A model generated the notes under the pieces. It was given only the letters and a program-made list of their open reading frames with translations, had not been told where the DNA came from and searched no databases. Both the position numbers and the translations under genes were made by a program. Below are positions 10,034 to 23,575 of a stretch of DNA of 64,000 nucleotides, piece after piece; within the stretch, counting starts at the first letter, position 1; each line of letters begins with the position of its first letter. Origin of the DNA: Amoebophrya sp. A120 (lineage: Eukaryota; Protista; Dinoflagellata); contig CAJINV010000011.1 in the NCBI GenBank assembly GCA_905178155.1, forward strand, positions 196,154-260,153, written 5' to 3'.

Positions 10034-10846
10034 TTTTTTTTGCAGTGTCTTTCAGCGCAAAAATACGAATACAACCTGCCGTGGCCGGAAATTTTTCTAA
10101 CTCATCATTAAACCACCTCAAGATGAAAAAAAACTACAGTTTTTTCTTTCCATCCACATGTTGTTGCGCGCAGTAGTATCATCTATTTTAAACCCGCGGA
10201 AACATAGACCATCTACGGTGCTAGACGTTAGAGAAAGACCGCTGTAAAAACGTTCGATACTGATTTTCGGAGATGATGCAGGTGCGCCTTTTTTGCTACA
10301 GTGCAACATCGATGACGTTGTCAGTCCTCATTGCAACGAGCCCCGAATGAAAAGTAAATGGCAACGGCGAGGATCCGACAGGAAAGGACAGTTGAAAATG
10401 ATCAATCTGAGGGTGGTCCGCATTTATCGCGATTGTCGTCATGGATTGCTATTCTTGGAAATCTCTTTTGCTTGTATCCCTCATCGAGCCTAGCCAATAG
10501 GTGCAGCCCGCGATCCAAATGAACGCAATACTCAATACGACGGAGGTCCTGGCACTGTGCCCGAAAGAGACAAACAGATGCTAAAGCTTTCTCTCACCAA
10601 TTCGAACTGGTGCCGCGCCGACGTGCTCTCATCGGGCGCAGGCGCTCGACTTCACGCGAATGTAGAACATCTTGACAGCCAGCATTTTACGAAAGGAAAC
10701 GAATGCAGACCAACTGTCGGTCGACTTCTAGTCTGTCCGATCAGACTGACACCACGGCCGCGCGGCGGCTTTGTCCTGCTCCTGCTGTGGCCAGCCACCA
10801 ACCTGCAGCGGCTGCGGTCGTCGAAATCCTCCGCCCAGGGCTGCTA

Positions 10847-12145
10847 GAAAATGCGGCCCCTTGGAGTTTTCCGGGGCGGAGATGTCTGCCCCTGCTATTC
10901 GTTTTGGAAATCACGCACACCGCAGAGGAAGCTAGCCAGAGGAGGAAACACACAACCAGACGCCAATGGGCCAGATCCGAGGGACGTCCAGGACGGGCAA
11001 ACAAGGCACCGGGCGCCCGCGCATCATCTTGGCCGCGGCTTCTGCCTTCGAAATGCCTCGCCCGGAGCCAGCTACGAGAAAACCCGGCCGGCCCCTTGGG
11101 TTTTGGTATTGCGGTGGTGCCGCCCGGTTTTGCGTTTTGGAAATCACACAAAAGCCGAGCCCCCGGAAACCAACCAGAGGACCACCCAACCCGACACCAA
11201 CGAGCCAGACGGACCCGAGGAAGGGAGGTCAGGACGGGCCAGCAAGGAAGGCACCGGGCGCCATTTTTTATCTTGGCCACGCGCCTTCTGCCTGCAAAAT
11301 GCCCCGCCTGGAGCTGCGAGAAAATTCGACCCCTTGGGTTTTGGTATTGCGCTGGTGGCGCCGGTTTTGCGTTTTGGGAACCACACAAAAGCCGAACCCC
11401 CGGAAACCAGCCAGAGGACCACCCAACCCGACACCAGCGAGCCAGACCCGAGGAAGACACGTCAGGACGGGCCAGCAAGAAAGGCACCGGGCGCCCATTA
11501 TCTTGGCCGCGCCTTCTGCCTTTAAAATGCCCCGCCTGGAGCTGCGAGAAAATTCGGCCCCTTGGGTTTTGGTATTGCGGTGGTGGCGCCGGTTTTGCGT
11601 TTTGGAAATCACACAAAAGCCGAGCCCCCGGAAACCAGCCAGAGGACCACCCAACCCGAAACCAACGAGCCAGACGCGAGGAAGGGAGGTCAGGACGGGC
11701 CAGCAAGGAAGGCACCGGGCGCCCACTATCTTGGCCGCGCCTTCTGCCTTCAAAATGCCCCGCCTGGGGCTGCGAGAAAATTCGGCCCCTTGATTTTTTC
11801 CGGCTGGTGGCGCCACCGGTTTGGCGTTTTGGAAATCACACAAAAGCGGAGCCCCCGGAAGGCAGCCGGAGGACCGCCAAGCCGGACGCCAATGAGCCAG
11901 GGAGACCCGAAGGGAGGCAGGGCGCGCGGGCAAGCAAGACAGCGGGCGCCCATCTTCTTGGCCGTGGCCTCTCCCTTCTGCCTCCCACCTGCCTCGCCTG
12001 GAGAGCTGCGAGAAAATGCGGCCCCTTGGTTTTTTCTGGATGGTGGTGACACCGGTTTTGCGTTTTGGAAATCACACAAAAGCGGAGCCCTCGGAAGCCA
12101 GCCGAAGGACCGCCCAGCCGGACGCCAACGAGCCAGGGAGACCCG
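10847..12145. repeat. Tandem satellite, ~230-bp unit, at least 5.5 copies
   Basis: gttttgg(a/g)aa.cac marker at ~10901, 11134, 11371, 11599, 11826, 12062; runs into N gap 12146-12245. Confidence 0.92.
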
Positions 12146-12245
12146 NNNNNNNNNNNNNNNNNNNNNNNNNNNNNNNNNNNNNNNNNNNNNNNNNNNNNNN
12201 NNNNNNNNNNNNNNNNNNNNNNNNNNNNNNNNNNNNNNNNNNNNN

Positions 12246-12790
12246 AGGGCCGCACCGGGACCCTAAGTAGAAACGCAGAGTCCCCGAAGGGCCCAAAAGC
12301 ATCATACAGTGCTGTTTCAAATTGCTAAGCCTGCGCCCGAGGCCGCTCCGGGACTCCGACCAGAAACGGAGACGCCGCGGAGGGCCCAAAAGCATCATGC
12401 CGTGCTGTTTCAAATTGCTAAGCCTGCGCCCGAGGCCGCACCGGGACTCTGAGTAGAAACGCAGAGTCCGCGGAGGGCCCAAAAGAGCCATGCTGTTATC
12501 AAATTTTGCAAAGCCCGCTCCAAGGGCCGCTCCGGAACTCCGAGTAGAAACGGAGAAGCCGATGCCAAGGGGGGCTGAAAAACATCATTATGCCATGCTG
12601 TCTCAAAGTGCAAATCCTGTGCCCCGAGCCGCTCTGTGGCTCCGACCAGAAACAGAGAATCCGAGCGGACCCCAAAAGCATCATACCATGCTGCGCCAGA
12701 GTGCAAAGCCTGTGCCCCGGGCCGCTCCGGGACTGCGATTAGAGACGAAAGCCCAACGAAGCGGGGGCTGCTGGCTCCGGGCCGAATCTA
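12246..12790. repeat. Tandem repeat, ~93-bp unit, decaying rightward
   Basis: agggcccaaaag at 12288, 12381, 12474, then degenerate copies. Confidence 0.88.
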
Positions 12791-13689
12791 TCGCGCTCCG
12801 ACTTCTACAACCGACCCGAGGACAAGGAATCCAATAAAAGCAGCACTTACAGTGTCGGTTTTAGAATTGCAACAGAGACTGGTCCCAAACTGCGGCCAGA
12901 GGGCCGCTCCTGTGGGTAGAACCCTCTTGGGCCTCAGCTGAAGCAGCTTCCACGGAGAGAGCATGGCAACACGGCTCAGGGTTTCAGATTGCAGAGCATG
13001 ATCCCCTAGTGTCTGCGTACGGCGGCGCCGGGTCGAACCTCCCAAGAGGCCAGAGGCAGACAGTCAGGTCGTAGCGTCCCAGCGCACCTGGAAGTGCGGA
13101 GGGCTCCGCTTAGTGTAGATTCCGCCGAAAGCCTAGCCTGTAGGCCATTCTTGCAACGTGGAAAGCGCGGTCTGGAGTGCAGCTAAGATGGAACCTCCGG
13201 TGGGTCGCGATGAGACAGCCCGAGCACAGTAGCCCGCTCCCTGGTCTTGAAGTCTGAGATTCCCCGAAGCCGAAGCCTCACATCAGCTCGAAACGCATAA
13301 CCAAATCAAATCAAATCTGTGCTGTCCACAATGTCCCTGTTGAAAAGTGCAAAACGCTGATAGAGGTAGTCGTAGTCAAGATAGTGTCCTGTCGAGGAAA
13401 GCGAAAGTCGCGGTGCCGAAAAAAACATGTCAAAACACAAATGTCTGCACCCACTGCCGGAGAGACTCTGATAAATGAACATGACAGACACAATCTCAGT
13501 CTCACTCTGTGGAAATTTCAATTTTCGCCCGGAATATTCGCGTTTCCACATGTGAAAACGAAAGAAAAACGCAATTTACCGAAAAAAAATGCAGTGATCT
13601 GCCGAAATGCGGAGGATTCAGCACATCTACAACTTTCCCAACCATACTGCTACCTCGTTGTGCTCTCAAATGAAGTCGATTCTTCAGTC

Positions 13690-16600
13690 TCAACTTGCAC
13701 TTTCTCTCCGCAAGTCAACACTCCAACCTCGACCATTGTATGCATCGATCCCCGTAGAATGATCTAAAGCCAAACCAAGGATCATGTGATAAGATCCGAG
13801 ATGCTCCTGAGTCTGCCAGTCCGAAAAATAACTGAGCCAATCCTGTTGCTCGTCATATCCGTGTCCAGCTTTCATCCACATGAAAAAGCTTTCTGGACGG
13901 GACACCCGAAAAACCGAAGCGGCTTCGTCTCGCCATACCTTGTTTCGTATTCGTCCTACCTCACAAGGATATAAAAACATTTCATTCGTCGAAATCAAAA
14001 TGTCCAAAATGCCGAATCAGAAACAGTTTGCTGTGTTCCCCTCTTCTACAAGTAGGCACACAACAGCCGCATCAGTTGCAACACTTCACTACAAGTACAA
14101 GTAGAAGTCCCGGTGTCCCTTTTGTCTGTAGTAATTTGTGCTCAAGACTGAAAACGAGTGGTCACAAGCAATTGTATTTCTGCTTCGACGGCTGATAGGC
14201 TATCACATTCACAAGCCATTAGTTCCGCCTCTTCTCCAAGTTTCCTGCTCAGGGGCAGATAAGTTTTATTCAAATTTCAAATTATCGCTATAATCTTGGG
14301 GAGTACTCCACTTACAAATAGTACAAAACATTTTCAAATTTCGTAAGTAGCGAAGATAACAGTTCATTTTTCAAATACGAAGCTCAAAATCAATAAAATC
14401 CATATGCTAGTAGTTTGTTTCTAGAGGACCAACCGCACTTGAGCTGGCTTTCTCCTTTCATTCCCCAGAATTACAAGAGAACGGGAAGCAGCCGCCTTCT
14501 TTTAGTCTCACACATGCACAAGCACTGCTAATTCTCTAGATCTAGAAACCTCTAGATCACAAAAATTGCAATCACCAGTACTGAGCTGCGACTCTCTGTT
14601 GTTCATCCGGGAACTTATAGCACCCATAACCGCGAAAGATAGCTTTCGCAGAAGCTGGGATTAAAGTGCTCACAGACAGGTACTACAGAAGGGCGCCACA
14701 AAATCTCCTCCATCCAACTGAGTAATCTTGTTCTGCGTTTTTCCAGGTAAAATTTCATTTTCACGACGCTTGAGAGAAAGAGTACGAGGTAGCGATAGAG
14801 AAAGGGATTTTTCTATACATATTGACATTTTTTTTTACTCATGAATCCCCACTGTCACAGACTTAGGATTGTGATTCAATACTGAGCTGTTGCTGTGTAC
14901 CATCAGAGCTAACGGGTGAGAACGACGGACTTCGGTATAGTTGAATTCCTTCTAGCGTTGCTCCTCGTCCTGTGTGTATTAATTAGTTCGATAAATACTA
15001 CACTTGTATCCTTGTTTGATGATGCTCTTGCCAGCAGCATTTCTTTTTGATATATTTTTCGAGCGCTTCTTATTCTTCTGAGGTAGTTATCAAAATTTTG
15101 TTCGTATTCGCAAGGTTGTCACTATTGTAATTGCCTTTTAAGTACGAAACTCAAGCTTCCTGTTTCCTCGGCACTTGCTGGTAAGCAAGACGAAATGCTC
15201 CTGAGTGTCAAAATCAGTTTTCTTGAAGAAACTTGATTCAAATATCTTACAGAGTTTGTGCAGTGGCAGTCTGCAACACGTAGCTGAGGATTGTTAGTTA
15301 CCTACATCGCTAGGGTACATGAACTTGTTGATTGGCACGAGTTCGGCATCGCATTCGTGCAAATACATATTCAGAGCAGTGTTTCATCAGTAACAATAGT
15401 GCAAAATTGCCACTTGCCGCTCAACAGGGTGAAGGATCAAATCAATTGTTCAAAATCAATGCAGATTACGATCAGCTCAAGCTTCACTTCTTCCATAGCT
15501 GGAGTTATATTGTGTTCCTTTCCAACACCGACTAAAAACAAAATATACAGTTTCCAGTTTGTAGTATACAGGATTTTAAGCTTCATGTGCAATGTCACTG
15601 CCGTTGTCGTTCGTATTGCCTGTATTGATTGCACATTCGATGCTCTTCGCCACACCTTCCTTCACCACCCGCTCTAACTGCTCCGTGATCTCGACTTTGA
15701 CGCCCTTCTTAGACCCGTGGCGGACGAATCGTTTCTTCATTGCGGTTACGTTGTCGGAGAACAACGTGGGCAGCTTGGGGATGATCTCAGGTCCAGCAGC
15801 TGTAGCGGGGATCACTTATGTCACAGTGCAAAATGATAGCCCGACAACTCATTCCTGTATGAAAACAAATTTTGATGCATGCATGCGAAGTCAATCTTCT
15901 TCCAAGACAGGTGTGGATGCACGTGACAAAATGAGAGGGCTACAGCTTCTCTCTATGCTTCTTTTCAATCAAAATATTTTTTTGATTCACATTCAAGTTC
16001 GAGTAGTCTATCCTGAACGAGTATCGAAAAAGTCAGATTTTTTCGACATTTACTCAGGATAGACTCCGTTACGTAGACTGGAACTGGATTATCGAGTTTA
16101 TGCAACGGCGATATGCGAATCAATGTGAGTACAGATCTTCACACTGTGTCGTTGTTACCAATGACCATAAAGAGACAAGCGTTGGGATCATACAGTGCAC
16201 TTTGATAAGCCCCCGGTGCGCCTCGTATCCTGCAGGCTTGCGTTCGTTAAAAAGATCGGCAATGATTGCGCTATGCATCTCGATTGCCGCTCTCCCGAAA
16301 CTCGCTTCCGTAGCCAATCGTGACTGGATTAAAAGCGCGTTTTCCTCGCCGAATGCGTGTATCAAATGCAACACATATCTGGGTCTGGTCGTGATGACTG
16401 AAATACTAGCATGCGTGCACGACCAGGAGACGTATCGGGGACACGAACGAGCAAACATACGTCATGCGAAGTTGTCCGTCGTCAGGACAAAAATCTCTGT
16501 GCTTTTTAAAAGATCAGGCATTCTGCATTTCTTGGATTTGGCCCGACGATCACCCATGATAGGTATGAATGAGTGTCAACGCGCCGTCCTGGAATTGCAT

Positions 16601-16810
16601 TTGAAATTCAGTGTTTTTCTTCCAGACCAAGATTTGTTTGCAATTCATAGTTTTAACGGTCTCCACGTTCGCCGTATTGTCGAGTACCTGCGGCTCGGCT
16701 GCTGTCAGCGGTATTTCCGTTGGCACGGATTGTAATCCGGCCGCCACCGCCCGAATTGCTGCGCCATGTGTTGCGTATGTCGCGGCGTGACCCGTTTCAA
16801 AGCTGAAATA
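13690..16810 (-). CDS. Probable further short exons of the kinase gene or of an adjacent gene; model not resolved
   Basis: Short protein-like frames (e.g. 16800-16688, 16410-16200, 13980-13740), some bounded by CAG| and |GT; no domain recognised. Confidence 0.3.
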
Positions 16811-16996
16811 TTCTACGATATGGATGGCTATCGTGAGGAAACACACTCTGCTACATACGAACACAAAGAAACTGTCGCGGGTCTGGCGCTTTTATATGCT
16901 CTATCAAGAAGTTAAAGCTTTCGGCATCCTTTTTTGCATTGGCCGAAAGTTAGTGGGCGCACTGTCCACCGGCGACACGACCTTTAATTCTCATGC

Positions 16997-19614
16997 TTAC
17001 ACCGACAAAAATTCCCCAAAAACAAAATGGGAATGCCTGTGGCAGGGAATCGTTCTCACGATACAACCAGCAATCATCTCACACATTGCGAGGGCTAATG
17101 CTGGAAAGTCGGTCGTCGCCGTGACGTTCGGGCGGCGGGATTTCGGTGTTAAACGCGAAGCCCCCGCGTTGTCGGAGTTGCCGTAAACGTCTCCGTCCCC
17201 GTTGGATCCTACTCGTCGAACTTTTCCAAAATCCGACAACTTTGGAACTAGCGTTTTTCCGCCGACCTGTTTTTCCAGATGTTGTTAATGAAGCCGCTTC
17301 AAGATCATTCTAAAGCTAAACCGAATCAAGTTCATCTTCACGAATTATGACACACGAAACTAGACATGCTCGTCGCAATTGAATGACGAGCGACGGCGCA
17401 TCCTAGAAGTCTTTTAACACAGTAGACGCAAAAATCACCTATCTCTACTGCAATTTTTTCTTACCATTTGTGTATTACTGGTGCTCTTGACACTGGTGAG
17501 AATGTTTTCAAAGCACAGGTCGAAATGAACTCCTTCGCAGCTCTGAAAAAGCCAGTTGAGTGCGTCGAGAAGAGCGTGAACCCATTCTCTCACTGCGATT
17601 AGACCACTGCCGGCCACCTGCTCCTCGAATTCACGGAGTTGCGCCAGGAACGCGTCGCCGGGCTTCAGAAGTCCGTCTACAAGCGGCAGGACCAACACCT
17701 GAATCAGTATTTTAATTTGATGGTCGTGAAATTGTGAAGGTCCCGCTGAACAAGAATATATAAATGTCTCGCATTTATTTGTAGACAGCATTACTACAGA
17801 TACGGTTCTTCCGCTGCACGCGGGTGAAGATGGTGGAGAAGGTAAAACATGTAAATTCTTCTATACCAATATTTCCATCCAGGTAGCTGTATCTGCTTCA
17901 CAGAAATAGAGTGTGGCTGGCAGCACCGAGGTCTGTAAAGAATCTGGAAAGTAGCGTCCCAGTGCAGTTAGCTCGTCTTTGATCGTATGCATGTCGTCCA
18001 TCAACACAGCTTCCCGTAGGACTTCTCTGCGCTCCGTGCTGCCGCAAAAATCCCACACTTCGCTCTGGGTGCCCCTCCCGACTTTCGTAAGCAAACCCCT
18101 CCGCAGTTTTGTCAGCTTGACTGCCACGTCTCCTTTTTCCGCCGTAGAGACCCGCATAACCTGGCCGAAGGAACCTTCGCCCAGTGATTGTGGGATGCCC
18201 CCATTGTTGTACTCTGCCAATATTGCGTCCACGGACGTTTTGATGAGCTGTTGTTCCGTTGCCAGCACTTGCTGAATTTCGTCGTTCGCGTTCGGGGCGT
18301 CTAAGATGGCGCTGTGGTTATTCTTATTCCCAGTAGCTGCGGGCCCGACTGCTTGGGACTCTTCCAGGCCAGTGCTGCTTTTACCCGAGGTGGACGTTGC
18401 TTTGTTGCCCTCCTTGTCAACGCCCTCTTCCTTCAGAGTTGCTGCTGCCGGATCGGTAATCTGACCAATTGGTGTCTGCTTTATCGTGTCCTCCTTCATC
18501 TTCTCGATTTGGTTTTTGTTTTTAATCTCCCCGACGAGGTGCCCTGGTTCAGCTTCGGCCACCGCCGGTTTCTTCCCGTTCCCGGCCTGCGTTTTCGTCA
18601 TCTTGCCCGACTCCGGGGGCAGCAAGGACATGTCGTCGATTTCAGCAGCAATAGCCGCAAAGTCTTTAGCTCTTGCTGGTTGCTCCGCAGATGGTGCGGG
18701 TGGGATGACGTGGCCAGGTTCTGGAGAATTTTGTGATTTTGCGTTACTGACAGCTGGGTCTTGCAGGTGCGAGGACAACGAGCAACCAAACAAGGGCTGC
18801 GAAGTCGTGCGGGTCGTAGGTGTCCTTCCTTTCAAGCCGCTCTTGTTGCTGTAGTCTCGACTCTCCGGCAAAAACGCACTTCCCGGAATATCACCGGAAT
18901 TATTCGGCTGCCCGACGAACGCGGGTTGTGCTAATGTTGACTCGGATAACTTCAGGTTCAGATTGCTCGAGGCGGAGGAGGTCGTGTTATTTTGCTTTGT
19001 TTTGACTGTGTTCATTTTGTCCTCCTGATCAGTCATCCCTTGGGTTTTATTTGCAACGGCGGATGATGAGCTCGCATAGTATTTCATGGGCTTGATGCGC
19101 TTCCGCTGAAACCTGGTTTGCTGCTGTTGGGCCGGCGAATTCCAGTCCGGGTCCGGGCTATACGGTGCGTCGGTTCTCCTCTTCGACGCACCTTGTAGGG
19201 TTGTAGGGTTCTTGTGGCTGTGCGTTCTTTATGTCATGTCGCTTCTAATGGCTGTTTTTTCTATTTTTTTGATTCTTCTAACGCGATGGACCCTCCGAGT
19301 TCGAGAATGAACAGTCTGTGAAGAAGTAATTTATAGAGCTAAATAAGAATAAGGAAAGGACAATTTACAATTTAAATTTCATTTTGCGTTGTTCACGCCA
19401 CTTTTGACGAAAATCCAAATCCATCATTACAGTGAAGAAAATATTGCAGAATACCTAGTGTGATCCCGGTGATCCTTTGATCCACCTCGTCATCGGCGGA
19501 GCTGTGCGAGTCGTCAGAAGCGCTCTCACTTGGACGCCCAAACCCTATTCCTGCTGCTTTCGACGCAATCGGTTCTTCTTCCGAAAGAATTTCGGGGTGT
19601 TTACCTGAGGACAT
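16997..19614 (-). CDS. Divergent protein kinase with long disordered N-terminus (GT-AG introns)
   Basis: ATG at 19614. GT-AG intron 19454-19192 joins in frame to ORF 19087-17861 (LGEGSFGQV, VAVKL, alphaC Glu). Catalytic loop VHFDLCFENIL at ~17498-17530. GT-AG intron 17464-17267 leads to KLSDFG, then TDFPALALAMCEMIAG (subdomain IX-like). Confidence 0.75.
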
Positions 19615-20077
19615 GGTGAATTGAGTAGAAAAAAAAGTATCATGAAAGATCAACATTCCCTTGCATGAAAAAGCCTCAAGGCCACAATGCGGACAAAACC
19701 TCTTGCGACTGTCCCTCCAGCAAACGGAAAATTCTACGCTGCCACTAGCAAATACCACTTTCCGGCACATTGCGGCAATGAGAGGCGGCCATGGATGGTT
19801 GCGGTAATTCTAGTGCAACCGCGTTTTTGTGGTCAGGACTAGGCAGATTGAGACCACCCTTCTTTGTTCGCGACGGCGAACCTCCCTGCACCAAGAGCAC
19901 GTTGTCCGTTCCAAGATCACGACGATCATCAGAAGAACCTGGATGAGAAAAATGGTTATGATGACTGGGAAAAGACGAGTATGGTTGATTCCATTCATTG
20001 TGCCTTGGTCGTAATAGGAAAGATAGATTCTAATACCCCCTTTGCCACAGTATTATCAGTAATCGGAATCGAAGTTG

Positions 20078-20728
20078 TCAAGTTGACGACGTATTCAAAC
20101 ATGAAACAAAACAAATATAAATCATCTGACTCCCACCCTGATGGCTTGCTGTAGGAGCTGCACGATCGACCAATGCGTCTTCTTCTTGCAGTTTCGTCAC
20201 CGCACACTGTAGTTGCTCGTACATGTTGCAAACAACACTCAACTGCTTGCCGAGCTCCTGCGACAAGAGGACAACCGCCTTTAATGTTGTCTTTCTGGTC
20301 GGCTCTTTGTCTTTGTCGTGCTTGTACTCCACCGCGTCCGCCCGTATGACCGGTTCTATTTCATCATCCTGCGCGCCGGGCGACGACCCCGTTGTCTGGG
20401 TCGTCCACGTCTTTTTCGCTAAGCTGGGGGCCAGTGCGGCCAGCTCGACGTTGAAAGCGTCAGGAGGTCCCCTAACTTCCTGACCGTTCTTGTCCACAAT
20501 CTTGATGTGGCGCTGGTACTCTACCAGCAGGTCGCGGACGAGTCTGCTTGCGTTTTCGGCGACCGCGTTGAACGCAACCCTCTTGTCCTTGTCCTGCAGA
20601 GACAACATCGCCGCGGCGCACCAGTTCGTGATTTCCTCGACGTGCGTTTTCGTGCAATAGATTGCACCTCGCCCGTCCTGCACCATCACATCGTATTGTT
20701 TCATCCATGAATCTTCAGGCTCCGACAT
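20078..20728 (-). CDS. Hypothetical protein (~215 aa, partly coiled-coil)
   Basis: Coding-like ORF starting MSEPEDSW at 20728; the 3' end may be spliced. Confidence 0.55.
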   Translation of the reverse strand: MSEPEDSWMKQYDVMVQDGRGAIYCTKTHVEEITNWCAAAMLSLQDKDKRVAFNAVAENASRLVRDLLVEYQRHIKIVDKNGQEVRGPPDAFNVELAALAPSLAKKTWTTQTTGSSPGAQDDEIEPVIRADAVEYKHDKDKEPTRKTTLKAVVLLSQELGKQLSVVCNMYEQLQCAVTKLQEEDALVDRAAPTASHQGGSQMIYICFVSCLNTSST

Positions 20729-21772
20729 TTTGAGAGTGCGATGAATTAAGAAATACGGTGTCTGTGCTGCTTCAAGCAAAAGTTTTAAAATTAAGGTATT
20801 CTCGTGATGCTGTTCTAGTCATCTACTGTGGTTTGTGTTTTAGAGTCTCAAACACTCTCCTTTAGTTTTCCATGGAAAACTACGGGGAGCCGAGTTCGGT
20901 ACGGGCAAAGAACGAGTTCGGTAGGGTGTCAATAATTCCTTTAAATTTATATATTCAAAACTTCTTCTTGTTCCCGTTCCCCAGAAGTACAAGTACAAAA
21001 ATTGGTTCTTATTATAGACAAAAAAAGACCACTAAACCACCCTGTCGTGGCTCCTGTTGGTTTTGATTTATAGGTTGCGTTGTTTCGGGTTTGTTCCTGG
21101 ATAATGTAATACAACATCGATCGAGCTTGAGAAAGTTGGCTCTCCGTCCGGCTCAATCTCAAAGCCAAGGGAAGTGCTCCGAGAAAGCAACGAAAAAAGT
21201 AAACCGACCCGACGATTGACGAGTGACTCTGCGCCCATGCGAATCTGGCGATAGCCGGAAATTTCACTCCACGGTCAACTCCACTCTGTCGAGTTCTTCT
21301 CTCACTCTCTTATGCGAAACGAGTGGTGATCTACGAGATTTAGGTATTGCAAACAACGAAGCCTCAGGCCGCCCACAGGATCTTAATGAATACGAACGGG
21401 TGCAGCTCCTGAATACTCATTGTTATTACGAACAGCTAGAGGTAATTAAAGCAAGGAAGTACTGACAGCAAACTGTTGACGTGCACATCGTACGTGATGA
21501 GTACTTGTCTTGGCACGTGAAGTAGACCAGAAGAAAGTACAATCGTGGCGGAGCCTGTGCAGATCAGGATCACGGGAACTGAAAGGACCGCCGGTACACG
21601 AGGACGTGCTTCCACCGTTTACGAAATCTGATAAAGCGTCATGCACCCGGCCGCCGAGCTTGCGCATCACTGGGCCTAAATACCTGCTTTTTGTTTCTCC
21701 AATTTCCGTCGTGCCGTTTCGCAAGCTGTGGCCGCGGTTTTTCCGTCACCGAACGCTGCGGCGAAGACCGAC

Positions 21773-22926
21773 TCACGCCTCGGCTTTGATCTTGCTGCAC
21801 CAAGACTCGAAAGCGCGATAATCGAACTCGCGGGGACGCAGGTTGAACTTTTGCACCCACTCAAACCGGTCCACTCGAGCGTATGCCTCCCGCAGAAATT
21901 TGACGGCCAAGGCGCCCTGCTTGCGGCTGAGGTTTCTGTTCACGATGTCGGCCCGGAGCAGCACCAAGTTGTGGGACGACAGCAGCTCCGTGAAAAAGTT
22001 GACCACCATAAAGGGCACCGCGTTGCGCGCGTCTTTTTGGTAGTCGTCCAAGAAGGTCAACACGATCTCCTCGTCCTGCCATTCGCTCACCAAGTTGTAA
22101 TACCCAGCTGTGGAAGATGCTGCCGACGCGGGGGTGAAGCTGGCACTAGACTGCTGCGTCGTGGTTGCGGTTATGCATCACAAATTTGAATTTCCCGGAG
22201 CCGGACATCGACATTCATGTCATGAATTTCATGAGATAATTCATCACAAATTTCACCAACTTAAATAAAAACAAATTGTCATGCTGAAGAGGTTTGAACT
22301 TGAAGGAAAAGTTTGTCATGCGGAAGTTACATTTGTACGTCGTCGTCGTTGTGTACGGGAAATTCACTGTGGATACCGGTTCCATCTACGTGTTTGGTCG
22401 AGTGCAAAGTAACTGCTGGGTCTGGATACACAGGTACGACGAATAATGGCGCGGCTTTTGCGTTGGCGGCGGATGCGCGCCATTCCGGAGTAGAATTATT
22501 TGGAAATTTCGAGTCATGACGCCCAAATAATTGCATGCTGCAGTACAATCCGTCTGGGATATAAAAGTAAGTCGCGCACGCACACTACATAAAAGAATCT
22601 ATACAACTAGATCAAATCAAATTATTCTCTGAAAAACATCCCTACTCACGTCGTACAGTTACGAGCTGTGCACATGTAAATTTGCCGTGAAGACGCGAAA
22701 TTCAAATTTCCCTACCATATGCAGCCAGGACGCCGTTGATTATCCTGGGTTTATCATGCGACAACCACACCTCGCGCACCTTCTGCGGAGACTCGCGCTG
22801 CAGCAACGGGAGCTTTACGATGTCACTCAGTTTGCGCGAGACATGTAGGCTGGGAATCTGGGCGAAGCCGCGGCGAAGGTGCTGGAGGTGGAGGTGTCTG
22901 CTTGTGCTGGTCGGCAGGGGCGACAT
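21773..22926 (-). CDS. ATP11: ATP11/ATPAF1 mitochondrial F1-ATPase assembly factor
   Basis: Exons 22926(or 22962)-22720, 22485-22376, 22166-21773 after removing two introners. Presequence-like N-terminus, then KLSDIVKLPLLQRESPQKVREVW, NAKAAPLFVVP, FTELLSSHNLVLLRADI, FNLRPREFDY. Confidence 0.8.
22172..22375. mobile_element. Introner, family H, in ATP11
   Basis: tatgcatcac..tgaatttcccg / cgggaaattcactgtggata; DR gcggt/ccggt; restores frame. Confidence 0.8.
22491..22719. mobile_element. Degenerate introner, family H, in ATP11
   Basis: Imperfect TIR (aatttcgagtcatgacg / cgtgaagacgcgaaatt); left end TAG rather than TAT; DR cggag/tgcag; restores frame. Confidence 0.7.
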
Positions 22927-23575
22927 CTTGAGATGTGAGCAACTGGTGGGGGAAAACTTCATCTTGAAAAGGTATTTATATTCATCCGGCCTAGTACGCC
23001 TAGTCAACAAGTTCAAGTACACGAATCATTTGTTTTGGTTTTTTTCTCAGCGTGCTCTAGTAGTTTTTGTGTCAAGCAGCAAAACCTCTATCAATCGTGA
23101 AAGAACAGGAGGCTAAAAAAAAAAGACCGACGTTGTCAACGCAACATAAGGATGATCCATTCCATTCGCCACTAGCTCGTCTTTTACACTTTCTACACGT
23201 GGTCCGCAGGGAAATGGAGAAAAAACACAAGGGGACTACAAGCAGTCGAACGCTTGATCGAATTTCAGGTTTTCACAGGACGTGCCCGAGAACTGGTGGT
23301 CGTGCTGTGGTTCTACGAGAATTGTGAATGGATCATGTTGGAGGTTTTGGTTTTGCTATCAACTACTCTTGAAAAAAAGACACCGTACAGCGGTCGGCAG
23401 GCTGAAAGTGATGAGTGACGCGATACCATTGACCGATAATCACCTTCATTTTTTTCGTGCTTCAAACATCACTCAACCAGACACAGGCACTGAAGATGTA
23501 GTACCTGAGACCACCACCTCAATGGATATCTATGGAATAGGACAGACTAGTGTCGTCGTTTGTTGTTCGCCAGGT

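Noticed and set aside
10703-12079. ORFs of 220-450 aa in several frames
   Set aside because: Products of a GC-rich tandem satellite, with no domain and open on both strands.
22376-22433. Introner right end at 22428 (ggata)
   Set aside because: No partner TIR or DR; the segment reads as ATP11 exon.
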